This document shows positions 1 to 32,791 of a stretch of 64,000 nucleotides of DNA, piece after piece. Within the stretch, counting starts at the first letter, position 1; each line of letters begins with the position of its first letter. The notes below the pieces were generated by a model, which was given only the letters and a program-made list of their open reading frames with translations, was not told the DNA's origin and did not search any database. The stretch lies in the NCBI GenBank assembly GCA_965213685.1, contig CBDBZY010000007.1, positions 353,849-417,848 of the forward strand, written 5' to 3'. The translations under genes and the position numbers were made by a program. This stretch comes from a bacterium (GTDB lineage: Bacteria; UBA8248).

Positions 1-5868
<5,868 letters not shown>

Positions 5869-6111
5869 TCTCCGCCGCGACCTGGGACTGTAATCGGTAC
5901 GGTTGGCACTGCGAAGGGAGGCAGGGCAGAGTCATCGAACCATGGATACTGTATTACGTAATACAGTAACTTTCGTTTAATTAAGCGAAGTGCATTTGTT
6001 TAATTAAGCGAAAAGCTTTTACATTTTTTATGCATATATATACTTAACGTATACGCGTACCTTGTACTTGCTGCGCGCGCGCGTGCGCTAAGCTTGCTGC
6101 ACCACGTGGCA

Positions 6112-7863
6112 ATGTCAACAAAAAAGTTGTCCGAGTTCGACACGGGATTGACCGCGGACACTGTGGAATGGTGTCCGAATGGCGGGCATGAGTCAATAGC
6201 TGCGTGCGGCACGTACCAGCTCGACACCCATAGCGGCCGGCGCCATGGCTCACTGTCCTTGTTCCAGTGGCAACAGGAGTATGCATGTTACTGCCGCAGT
6301 TCCTTCCCTCTCATTCTCACTACTCTTCCTAGGAATGGCTGTACCTAGCCCTAGCCCTCTCATTCTCGCTTCTCTTCCTAGGAATGGCTGTGCAAAGGCA
6401 GTCCAGAATACAAATCTTGAGTTTGGAGTGCTAGATATGAAATGGTGAATTACGCTTACTTCAGTGCATCAGATAAGAGTTTTAAAATTGGACGAATGCT
6501 CTTACATGTATGACAGCATGTGCCCAATTGAGAGCTGTTCCATGCAATCTGCAGGAAGAAAGATGCTTCTCAGCCATTGCTGGCACTAGCAGCCTCATCC
6601 GGGGATATAGTTCTGGTCAGCTTGAATTGCGTGAGTTGTGCTGTGCTCTGCATTGGCAATGTATGGCAGTGAGTGTGTGTGTGGGTGTGTCAGTGTGTGC
6701 CTATGAACTCTCTATATTTGTAAACTCCTAGAAGAAAGACAGCTATGGTTCTAGTGAAGTAGGAAGGATCACAGTGGCTAGATATCCTGGACTTTGTCTG
6801 TCTCTGGACTGGAGTGCAGATCCAAGGTCACACACACTCAGTCATTGCTTTATGGATAGGTGGGCAGTTTGATAGTTCCTTCCATCCTGTTGAACAGCCA
6901 ATTACTGCTTGCTGTCAGTGACTCTGCTGGGGAAGTAAGTGTGGTGAACAGTGAAAGAGGAGGAGGAAGAGGAGAAGGAGGAGGAGGTGGAGGAGGAGGA
7001 GGAGGTTTTGGACAGATCCTGTACAACTGGCGTGCTCATGAATTTGAGGCATGGATTGTGTGTCTTGGCCCCCAGGCCCACATGGTGTTCACTGGAGGAG
7101 ACGACAGTGCCTTACGTGTGTGGGATACTAGAGCCGGCCTTGGAAGGGCAGTTCTGACCAGCAAAGAGTAAGCCACACTCTTACCATGCTGCCATAGTGG
7201 ATGTGTGTATGGCAGTCGATGTTATAGTTTTCCCTTTCTTATTTCTAGGCACTCTATGGGAGTATGTAGCCTGCAAGTTCATCCTCTGAAAAGTCACCTG
7301 TTGGCCTCTGGGAGGTGAGTTGGATACACTACACTATTATTAGTCAGTAATTATGACATTGTATATTTACTTTCACTGGAATTTGATGAGCTGGGTAAGA
7401 AAATCTATCCCTTTTTGTGAAGATAGGCCAGTTCTGATCATGGCTGTGCCCTAACCCTTTCCAGCTATGATGAGAGGGTTTTGTTGTGGGATACTCGTGC
7501 CATGGGTGGGCCGCTGAAGACAGTGGGGGTTGGGGGAGGAGTGTGGAGGGTCAAGTGGCATCCTATTCACTCGGACTTCATGGCCACTGCCTGTATGCAT
7601 AATGGGTTTCACCTGCTCAACTGGCACTTGGCAACAGGTAAAGTATTAGTGGGGGATGTGTGTGTGTGTGTGTGTGTGTGTTATTCCAGTCCACTGCCTG
7701 TGCAGATGAACCAGTGGAGACAGTGTGTACATACAGCCAGCATGGCTCTCTGGCCTATGGGGTAGACTGGAGCAGGCTGGACAGCAAAGTTGCACTGCTG
7801 GCATCCTGTTCCTTTTACGACCACTCTCTTCATTTCTGGACTGCTGACATTCCCTTTTCATAA
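6112..7863 (+). CDS. DPH7: Diphthine methylesterase DPH7/WDR85 (WD40 protein, multi-exon)
   Basis: MSTKKLSEFDTGLTADTVEWCP...IAACGTYQL; GVLDMKW; WRAHEFEAWI...VFTGGDDSALRVWDTR; YDERVLLWDTR...VGGGVWRVKWHP...ATACMHNGF; HGSLAYGVDWS...LASCSFYDHSLHFW. TAA at 7861-7863. Confidence 0.92.
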
Positions 7864-7866
7864 CAT

Positions 7867-7902
<36 letters not shown>

Positions 7903-8013
7903 TAAGATATATATGTCCAGTTTGTGCAACACTGATACTGATATGTTCAGTTTGTTATAATGTTCAGTTTGTATGATGTACATCATAATAAACATAGTAC
8001 AGCCGCTCTGTCA

Positions 8014-9289
8014 TCATGGTGAGGCTCTGTTCTTTTTTGCAGCTGGCTCTCCCTGGCTAGCTGCTTCTGTCGCTGGTCTCCTGCTCCGTTTGCCTGCTGT
8101 GGTTTCCTGTGGGTGTGGTCTGTGGTGGGAGGCCCACAGTGCCAGCTCCACACCGTGAGCTGTCCACGGCTGAGCATCTGGACAGAAAGACACAGCATAT
8201 TGGTGTTATGGTTCATGTACAAATGCCAAAAATACGGTTGGTAAGGCAGTAAATAAAACAATAAGACAGCATAAAAAAATTAAGTAAAAATTAAGGCAGC
8301 ATTTAAAAACTAAGGCAGCAATAAAGAGAAGGTATATAGCATGTAAAGAGGCAGCAAGTAAATCTTTCAAACAACAGAAAACCACAGTTGTCCAGTGCCT
8401 GCTGTAGTAGTAACTCTTCATAACACAGAGATGAGAGTGACAGATGCCATGCTGTATCTATGTACAGATTAACATATTAGTGAGAGACCTGTTTCATTAA
8501 GTTCCTTGGCTCTCTCCTGTATTGCTCTGGCATAGGACATGTACTGCTTGAGTGAGTAGTCCAGCTTCCCCAAGCCAGGCACTGCATGAGCAGACTCATC
8601 AGCCATGAAGGGAACATCTGGAGAAGCTGCACACAGGATGGCTGGAGTGTAGGCAAAACATTGGCAGAGTTGGAGGGAGGGAGGGAGGGAGGGGGGGGAG
8701 AGAGAGCCACAGGAGTGCTCAACACATCTAACCTGATGCAGTGGCAGGTCCCACAGCCCTGAGCTTGCTGGCAGTAGTGATGGCTGCCTCCAGGTCAGGT
8801 AGGGCTGCAATGGCTGAAGAGGTGGTGGCCTCCACATCTGCAGGAGAGTTCTGCTGTACCATTTCTGTCAGTCGAGGACGGAACTTTCCCCTCTGCAGTT
8901 TCAGTGTACACAATACCAACTGTAGTTACTGTACATGTACGTGATGGCGCTACAGTATGACCACTAGTAGCTACCACTCACCGTCAACTTCCATCTCATC
9001 AGTTTGCTGAGTTCCTGGTGGGTGAGATGAGGTTTGTCACGTGATGCAATGCTGGCTGGAAGATCCTTCTGAAACCTACAGAAGCACTGGGAGTAGTTCG
9101 GAGGCGCGTCACTGAGTCAGTACCCGCTAACCAGTTGTCTAGTTCCGCCAGAGTCTCTCCTTTTCTTTGCTTCTTCTGCGACGTAACTAGTCTCACCGCC
9201 TCTTCATAAGAGTCGAGGGCAGCTCGCCATCGGCTGCAGTCCGTACTCTCGTACAGCAGCGAGTTCCCAGAGACACCGCCTGCAGCCAT
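8014..9289 (-). CDS. Conserved HhH DNA-glycosylase-fold protein (Drosophila Amun-like family)
   Basis: Spliced product includes LAELDNW|FQKDLP...HLTHQELSKLMRWKLT|RGKFRPRL...LRAVGPATAS|AILCAASPDVPFMADES...LDYSLKQY...|WTAHGVELALW, with a basic C-terminal NLS-like tail (PAAKKNR). TGA at 8014-8016. Confidence 0.8.
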
Positions 9290-9335
9290 TGCTAGCCTTC
9301 ATTAACCAGTGGGCGTGGCTCCCACGTGGCTCTCT
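9290..9335. promoter_or_regulatory. Minimal bidirectional intergenic segment with GC box and E-box
   Basis: 46 bp between the two divergent ATGs (9289 minus, 9336 plus); contains GTGGGCGTGGC and CACGTG. Confidence 0.55.
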
Positions 9336-10474
<1,139 letters not shown>

Positions 10475-10697
10475 TCTCACCCTCTCAGCATGCAGGGTGG
10501 TGTCTTTGACAATCACAATTTATGTAGAGTGCATCAAACATGTAATGGATTCTGAAGTTGAGCACTTATTGACATGGTACAGTTATGAGAGGCTACAAAA
10601 ATTGCATAGTTCTGTCCAAATACCGATAGACAGCCCTAATTGAGACATTGGCCTGCAACACAAACAGAGGGCACAGAGTTGGCTCACTATCGAGGCT

Positions 10698-11379
10698 CTA
10701 GGATGTTTTCACCAAAGGGGTGAAGTGGGCAGTGGGGCCCAGCTCAGTGGCCACCTGCCCACTGCCGTCCTCCTGAACTGCAACATACTGCCCGGGGGTC
10801 TTAGCTGACTCCAGCACCACACACCCATTTGTCTCTGTCACAGAGAGCTCGCTCAGCTCGTCCCCAGTCCCATCCGCCAGCAGCTGGCCTTCTTTTATCT
10901 GCACCCACTTCTCCTTGTTGGCCACGTTCTGGAGAGTCAGCACTAGGCCAGACTCGCTGTCCTTTTTATGCACCTGGAACTGGGAGTCCTCCCCTTCTTC
11001 CCCAAGACCCTGTTGGGGGTGATAAATGAGTACCAAATTAGTTCAGGGGCCCTGCTATAACTATTTCCTACAATATACGCTGGCGGTGGGTGGACGAACC
11101 AGAGCGCGAATAACGGCCGGCGCGCCGCGGTACGCCAGGTATGATAGAGCTGTACAACTATAGCAAGTCTGTATTCGGGTGCGCCTTCGAGAACGCAATA
11201 CACAAACCGTGGAGAGCAGTGCGACTTACGTCCACTGTGTCCTCGTGAATGCGTAGCGATTTTCCAGAAGCTTTGGACGTCAGAATGACGACCGTACCGT
11301 CGCTAAGCTGGTCTAAGAGCGACGGCTGCTCTTGGGAACCCGATTCCTCTCTCTTCTTCTTGGAAGTAAGTCCACCCAT
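10698..11379 (-). CDS. Small single beta-trefoil protein with N-myristoylation and polybasic motif (2 exons: 11379-11230, 11009-10698)
   Basis: N-terminus MGGLTSKKKR; phase-0 GTAAGT...CAG intron; three ~40-aa internal repeats (VVILTSKASGKSLRI / VLTLQNVANKEKWVQI / CVVLESAKTPGQYVAV). The fold is inferred from the repeat pattern. Confidence 0.72.
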
Positions 11380-11484
11380 TGCCTTTCCGTCTAAACACTC
11401 GACTACGTGCTCCCGCTGATGGCTACGCAGTACACTAGAGTTTCGCAGTGCGCGGATGTTTATATGAGCCGCTTCGCCTCATAC

Positions 11485-11496
11485 TGCGCATGCGCA
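11485..11496. promoter_or_regulatory. NRF1-type palindrome in the bidirectional trefoil/AP5Z1 promoter
   Basis: Perfect TGCGCATGCGCA next to a GGGCGTG GC box. A similar TGCGCATGCGTG lies at 19720-19731 in the desaturase/THOC1 promoter. Confidence 0.6.
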
Positions 11497-11552
11497 ATTT
11501 TGTGGGCGTGTTGGACCTAAATTGGCAGGGGTGGTACTCGAAACGTTGCGAG

Positions 11553-18441
<6,889 letters not shown>

Positions 18442-18753
18442 CAAGCACTATAGCAACCTGCTCTACTCATGCAGGCTACTCAATAGCACATTGTAGCATA
18501 ATTTATGTATATACTGTAAGACTGTCTGGGCATGCTCTATGTGTGCAGGTATTAACAACACAAAAAATATTCTCTTTGTTGAGTGTTACAGTTAAAATCA
18601 CTCTGTATATCACTTCTGTATAATTATAAACAAACAAAGTATGAAGAATACCAAATCAATTTGGAAAACAGAATTTAGAAAAGGATGCATATGGTCATGC
18701 AAGCAGGACTGGTTGTAGGAGCTTTTTGGATGGAACTCTAATGCAAGGACGAG

Positions 18754-19671
18754 TCACTCTTCCTTCTGTTTCGCTGCCATCTTTGCCACATAGTTTCTGT
18801 ACGGCTGGTCTGTGCCACAAATTACATCCCAAAACAGGAAGAAGGAGCCATAGTTGCCAGTGTTGTGTGAGTGGTGGAAGTTGTGGACAGCAGCTCCAGG
18901 ACGGAAGGGGAAGTAGCGGTAGGGCATGAACCAAAAGTCATAGCCAGAATGCCCGTCCACTCCCTCCACCAGCCTCACCGCCAGCCACAGCCAGAGAGTC
19001 TTCACGTGAGCCCTGAAGAGGAGAGGTCCGAGGAAGAGAGGCACGGTGTTGGCCAGCAGCAGTTCTAGTGGGTGAGTGTACTCCACTGCAAAGCCAATGG
19101 GAGCGTGGTAGCGATGGTGGAACTTGTGGATGGGCTTGTAGAGGAGACAAGTGTGGAGGAGCCTGTGCGTCCAGTAGAATAGGGCGTCTTCAATGAGATA
19201 GAAGATGGCCAGTTGGAGGAGAAGCTCAGGCCTGAGGGGAAGTGAGAGAGAAGAGAGGGACAAGCTTGAGAATGGAGCGTAAGGGGAGGAGAAAATGCTG
19301 AGTCATTGGTGTGGTTACCATGGAGGTAGAGGTCCTTCCAATGGCATTTCTCTCCACTTGATTATGGCATACACAATTGAGAGGGCGGGGCACTGCACGA
19401 GGTGCAGGATGCTCACGTGACGGATACACTGCCAAATGTCGGGATCAGCACGAGACGTTCTGGGCTGGAGAAAATAGTGTACTGATCACATCCGTGTCTT
19501 TTCATCATCACTAAGGATACGTACCTGGTTTTCAATTCTGGCCTCCTGGAAAAACCCGTAACGCTCAATTACCACCAGGGCTGACCCCAGAATGGACACG
19601 ATAGCGGAATGCAGTCCCGTTGTCACGCCAATGAACCATACCAATTCGCTCCAGTTCCAGGGATCCGACAT
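18754..19671 (-). CDS. Fatty acid hydroxylase superfamily membrane di-iron enzyme (sterol C4-methyl oxidase ERG25/MSMO1-like or FAXDC2-like), 3 exons
   Basis: Histidine boxes HRLLH, HKFHH, HNFHH plus EYTHPLE, DGHSGYDF and GNYGSFFLFWDVICGTD; hydrophobic segments present. Confidence 0.85.
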
Positions 19672-19787
19672 CTCCGTCTCGCTCCACCTTTTAGCCCCTC
19701 CTTCAACGGCTAATCCTAGTGCGCATGCGTGCGCTCGCGTGGTTGATATTTCTATATAACGCCCTTCCCTCAGTACTCCAATCAGAG

Positions 19788-21398
19788 ATGGAGGCTAAAA
19801 CACCTGGAAGCCTGGAGATCAGGGCACTATTCGTCGCCTGCATCAAGCAGTGTAGCAGTGCTGATGTGGACGCTCTGAAAAGTACATTTTTGGAGGCGGA
19901 GGGAAGCGAGGGCGACAAGAAATCGATTTTGGAACAAGCGTTTCGTGACGTGTTGGGCAAGAGAATGGCAGCTGGCGGCGCGGCGCAAGTGACCCAGTGC
20001 ACTGACCTGGTCCTGCTGGCCATCAGCGCCGCGCGGCTAGGCGTGTGCTACCACACCCTCCCGTTCATCATCCTCAGCGACGTACTGGAGTGTCTCACGC
20101 TGGACCTGTGCGAGAGGGTGTTTGATTTTGTGGAGAATCACGTGTCCACCTGGATCCAGCCCGAGTTTTACAGCTCGGGGAAGATCCTGCTATTAAGGAT
20201 GTCTAATGACCTCCTTCGAAGACTATCATCTGCCCAGAACACCATCTTCTGTGGCCGTATTCAGCTTTTTCTTGCACGGCTCTTCCCCCTCTCTGAGAAG
20301 TCAGCGCTGAATCTGATGAGCCACTTCAACGTTGAGAACGTCACAACCTATAACAAGGAGGTGGGCATGGGGGGGGAGGCGGAGGAGGGAGGGGAACTGG
20401 CAATGGAGGAAGGAAGAGAGGAAGGTGAGATGATGGAGGTTGAAGATAACTCAGCTTTGCCGGTAGACTTCAACCTTTACCACAAGTTGTGGGCGCTACA
20501 GGATCTGTTCTGCCTCCCCTCGCAATGTTACAACTCTGACCAGTGGAAGCTACTGACCACGAATGTTGATGAAGTGCTTAGGGCTTTCTCTAGCTTCAAA
20601 CTGGAGGATGTTCAGGGCTCCGGGAAGAGGCGGCAGCGAAAGTCCAGTATTGTCGAGTATGCTGAATCCCATTACTTTGCCAAGTTTCTCACTAGTGAAA
20701 AATTGATGAACTTACAACTTCGTGACAGTCACTTCCGCCGTCACATTCTCTTGCAGCTCTTGGTCCTCTTCCAATACCTCTCCGCTGATGTCAAGTTCAA
20801 GACATCCTCCCAGCAGCTGCAGGACAGCCAGGCAGTCTGGGTCAAGGAAACGGCAGAAAAGGTGTATCAACTGCTGGAGGAGACCCCACCACAGGGGGCG
20901 GAGTTTGCTGCTTACGTCCGCCACGTCTTGAAACAAGAAGAGAATTGGGTGGCCTGGAAGAACGAGAGTTGTCCATCCTACGAGAAACCACCGCTAGCTG
21001 AAGGTGAGCAGGTCCAGTATCCTCCCATGGAGCACATGGTGGATACCCACGCCAGGGGATCACAACGCAGGCACAACTTGGGCAACACAGAGCTGAGCCG
21101 ACTGTGGAACTTGTGTCCTGACAACCTGGAAGCTTGTCGCAAGAAGAGCCGAAAATTCGTTCCCGACATGGAGAAGTTTCTTGCAGAGCCAATTGAGCAG
21201 GCAGACCCAGATGCCAGGATCGAGGCAGAGTACAAGATCATCAACAACCCAAATTTCTCGTGGCAAGCTCTTCGCCTTCTTTCCCAGAGCAGCCCACACT
21301 TCTTCCAGAACACTACAGCTCAGATAAAGCCTCTTTCAGAGTATCTGGAGCACGTCATAGTTCAGACGGGCAAAGACATGCACGGCACCACGCAGTGA
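19788..21398 (+). CDS. THOC1: THO complex subunit 1 (Hpr1), single exon, no C-terminal death domain
   Basis: Uninterrupted ORF with LLRMSNDLLRRLSSAQNTIFCGRIQLFLARLFPLSEKSALNL, YFAKFLTSEKLMNLQLRDSHFRRHILLQ, EENWVAWKNESC, LGNTELSRLWN and WQALRLL. Confidence 0.95.
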   Translation: MEAKTPGSLEIRALFVACIKQCSSADVDALKSTFLEAEGSEGDKKSILEQAFRDVLGKRMAAGGAAQVTQCTDLVLLAISAARLGVCYHTLPFIILSDVLECLTLDLCERVFDFVENHVSTWIQPEFYSSGKILLLRMSNDLLRRLSSAQNTIFCGRIQLFLARLFPLSEKSALNLMSHFNVENVTTYNKEVGMGGEAEEGGELAMEEGREEGEMMEVEDNSALPVDFNLYHKLWALQDLFCLPSQCYNSDQWKLLTTNVDEVLRAFSSFKLEDVQGSGKRRQRKSSIVEYAESHYFAKFLTSEKLMNLQLRDSHFRRHILLQLLVLFQYLSADVKFKTSSQQLQDSQAVWVKETAEKVYQLLEETPPQGAEFAAYVRHVLKQEENWVAWKNESCPSYEKPPLAEGEQVQYPPMEHMVDTHARGSQRRHNLGNTELSRLWNLCPDNLEACRKKSRKFVPDMEKFLAEPIEQADPDARIEAEYKIINNPNFSWQALRLLSQSSPHFFQNTTAQIKPLSEYLEHVIVQTGKDMHGTTQ

Positions 21399-21653
21399 CC
21401 CACACGCACACACACAGCATGCAGCCTGTTCACCTCCAGACACTTCTATTCTCTTTGATCGGTTACATACATTATTTCTGAGTGTGCGGTATTGTTTTGT
21501 GAGGTGATCTTCTGTTGTAGTATCTTCTCTCATTAAAGTGAAGAGTGTGTGGAATTCCTGGTATCATGAACAATTTGGAATTTCCCTGCCATAGTTGCAA
21601 AGTACCTGAACTCCTTTTAGCATGAAACCTTGTCATGACAGCTTGTGCATGCA

Positions 21654-21862
21654 TACTGTATAGCAGGTATTTTTCGGGGGGGGGGGGGGGGTAAAATTTT
21701 TGTGGTTTTCATGGCTGAGAGGCCAACCATGAAATTTTTACCCACAAAACAGTACTGCATAGTACCGGGGTGTGGTTTAGTATACTGTGACCACGAAAAT
21801 GTTTCCACAAACTATTCACTGCTCACAAAGTTTACCCCCAGAAAAATACCCGCTATACAGTA
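21654..21862. mobile_element. MITE with ~30-bp terminal inverted repeats and TA flanks (Tc1/mariner-pogo-like, non-autonomous)
   Basis: Left end TA-CTGTATAGCAGGTATTTTTCGGGGG...TAAA; right end TTTACCCCCAGAAAAATACCCGCTATACAG-TA. Confidence 0.82.
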
Positions 21863-22203
21863 TATTGCCCGGACTCCAGTAGTTCAATACTCGCCCAGCA
21901 TTGGCAGTGGAACTGGAATCACATTATTTACTGTAATGTATAACTGCCTTCCATTGTATACCTACTCCCCTGGAAATTCCAAGTAAAAAAAAAAAAATTA
22001 ATTCCTCTCCCCTTAGTAAGTAGGGTTATGATACAAATCATCCAGTGGTTTTTGGTACATGTATGGTAACATGCGAGACAATAGACAATATCATGCACCA
22101 ATGTCTGACTGATGGTCACAGCTCACAGCACCACCTGAGGAGGGGAGGGAGAGGGGACACACACAAGTCAGCCCAATTCTCTACGCGAGGAGCGTTCCCT
22201 TAC

Positions 22204-22914
<711 letters not shown>

Positions 22915-23071
22915 CTATGCCATGTGCTCAGAAAAGAATCCGGCGAACGCTCACGTGATAGATGATGCTGACCTTCGACCTCGACCGGACACCGTAGATT
23001 AGTGACCTTTGACCCTGACCTGTAGTGCTGACGCATTCTGTTGCCCGTTCCTAGACCTTCTGACTGTGGCA

Positions 23072-24326
23072 ATGCCGAAGGTAAAGAGAACGAAGAAAAG
23101 GCCTCCGGAGGGATGGGAACTGATTGAGCCAACGCTAGACGAATTAGAGCAGAAGCTAAGGGAGGGTGAGTTGTGTCAGGGAGCTCTAAATAGAGTGTTT
23201 GAATCTCTCCCGTGTTTTGTGGACACAGCTGAGGCAGAGACACATGAGGGAAAGAGAAGAGTGGAAGCTCTGTGGCCAATCTTCAAGTGAGTATCAACCA
23301 ACACACAGCACCTGGTGAATAATCCATACTGTTACCTATTCTCCCAGGATCCATCACCAGCGCTCCCGGTATGTGTACGAACTGTTCTTCAAGAGGAGAG
23401 CTATCAGCAGAGGTATGACTGTCTCACCCTCCGTCCTCTGAACCACCACCCGCTGGCTGGAATGTATACACAATAGCTTAGAGACTCCTAGTTTGCAAAG
23501 TTTGCAGCCTGACAGTCTCACTGACAGAAGCACCTCCCATGGCCTCACATGGTATCAGACAGCCCCAACATGCCCTAACTGACGATTCAATTTACTGTGT
23601 TTACATTTTTCACCTTATTTCTCAACCTTAACTGTCCAGCATAGGTCATCCTGTTGTTTCTACCTCATTCTACCCCCCTCCCTCCACACACACATGCACG
23701 CACGCACACACACACACACACACACAATCTTTTTATCTCCAGAACTGTACGAGTATTGTCTCAATGAAGGCTACGCAGACAGAAACCTTATAGCCAAATG
23801 GAAAAAGGTAGACCCACCCTAGACAAAGCCATAGGACCCCACAACCATACCCTCTTTCTCTGCCTTCTGTGTTGACTGAATGGGGCAAGAGACAGCTCTG
23901 GTTCACCACAGTAAATGTTATTAGGTGGTGGAGTAGAACTGTGGGTTCTTTGTAATGGTGAACCTTGAATGGTTGGTCTGGGATTGTGAGTGTGACTGGT
24001 TCCCTGTGGTCTCTTCTTGCCTTGCCAGGCTGGCTACGAGAACTTGTGTTGCCTGCGGTGTATCCAGCCACGAGACACCAACTTTGGAACCACATGCATC
24101 TGCCGCGTCCCCAAGAGCAAACTGGAAACCGTGAGTTATATACTTCACTTAAATCTCAATGGTTTGTTGTGCCCTCCCTCCCTTCCTCGCTTCTCCTTCC
24201 CTCCCCTCCCCTCTTCTCTTATCCTTATCCTTTCCCTCTCCTCTCTTCCTCCTCCCTTCCTCCTTACTCCCACAGGGCAAAATAGTGGAATGCGTTCACT
24301 GTGGCTGCAAGGGCTGCTCGGGATAG
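23072..24326 (+). CDS. BUD31: Spliceosomal protein BUD31 (G10), 6 coding exons
   Basis: [31 protein letters not shown]|[20 protein letters not shown]|IHHQRSRY...|ELYEYC...LIAKWKK|[29 protein letters not shown]|[16 protein letters not shown]. Confidence 0.97.
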
Positions 24327-24788
24327 CACAAAAGACTAACTCTTTTCATTTTGAACTCTCACTGTTCCTTATGACATCACATTCCTCTCTCGTTCTTGGT
24401 AATGCACACTCAAAAAAATTTATAATACAGTCTTTGTATGTGTGTATATTGCCTGATGATAAATATGGCAAAAGGTGGTGTATATGTACATGCATAGGTG
24501 GGCTCTAAATCGCTGTGGGAATGATGCACGAGGTACCATTCTTGTGAGTCATGACTGCACGGAAGAAGATGCCATCGTAGAAATATTTATACTGGAGTAC
24601 ACAGTGTGGTGCTGCTGTCTGTACATGTAGGGCAGGGAACAGCATAACTTGTGTAATGGAATCACTAGTTCATGAGAAGGACATTACTGCATGCACAAAC
24701 AGGTGGAACTAGAACATGGCAGCAGGTGTGAGATGGTCCTGCCATTATCAGATTATGCTATACACTACCTGTGGCTTTCCCAGGGTCA

Positions 24789-32348
<7,560 letters not shown>

Positions 32349-32484
32349 GGCCACTGAAAACCTTGGATTCTGGAAAAAAAACTACATGCCTCAAAGTGTC
32401 TGTCACTGGCTACGGCAGTCCTTACACTATACTACAGAAGGCGAGGACCTAGAAGGGTTAATGTCAAAAGAAGCTTGCGCGCTA

Positions 32485-32496
32485 TTGGCGCGAAAA
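32485..32496. promoter_or_regulatory. E2F site upstream of the PALB2-like gene
   Basis: TTGGCGCGAAAA (TTTTCGCGCCAA on the minus strand) in a CpG-rich patch ~140 bp upstream of the predicted ATG. Confidence 0.55.
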
Positions 32497-32791
32497 TCCT
32501 GCGCGCGTGAAACACGTAGGCGAACAGGAACAATGCAGACGCAACAGCCAATATCTTGAAGAAAAGAACAATTGAACGCGGGAAAAGCACAACAATATAA
32601 TTTCATTGAATATAGAAATATAAAATATACATATCTTCTACGGAGATTGCTTATGATGGAAAAGGGGGTGAGATGGGAAGATAGAACACCACGTGCCAGC
32701 ACACATTATTGTCGGTATATGATTGGTTGGGTACAATAGCTCGAGTATGGGTGAGGGAATAATATAGCCTAGAAAACGAGTGAGGTATATA

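Noticed and set aside
7384-7437. Box C (TGATGA)/box D (CTGA) pair in a DPH7 intron as a snoRNA
   Set aside because: Only ~54 nt, with no terminal stem, no rRNA guide I could recognise, and very close to the branch point. It would need snoscan or small-RNA data.
19466-19525. GTATCCTT in the first desaturase intron as a U12-type donor
   Set aside because: A canonical GTACGT donor 4 nt upstream keeps the frame, and there is no U12 branch site (TCCTTAAC).
19719-19787. Longer THOC1 N-terminus (MRALAWLIFLY...) that looks like a signal peptide
   Set aside because: The upstream ATG lies inside the NRF1-like promoter motif and THOC1 is nuclear; ATG 19788 is preferred.
23480-23570. Two hairpins plus ACA in BUD31 intron 3 as an H/ACA snoRNA
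   Set aside because: The H box and the second hairpin cannot both be placed consistently.
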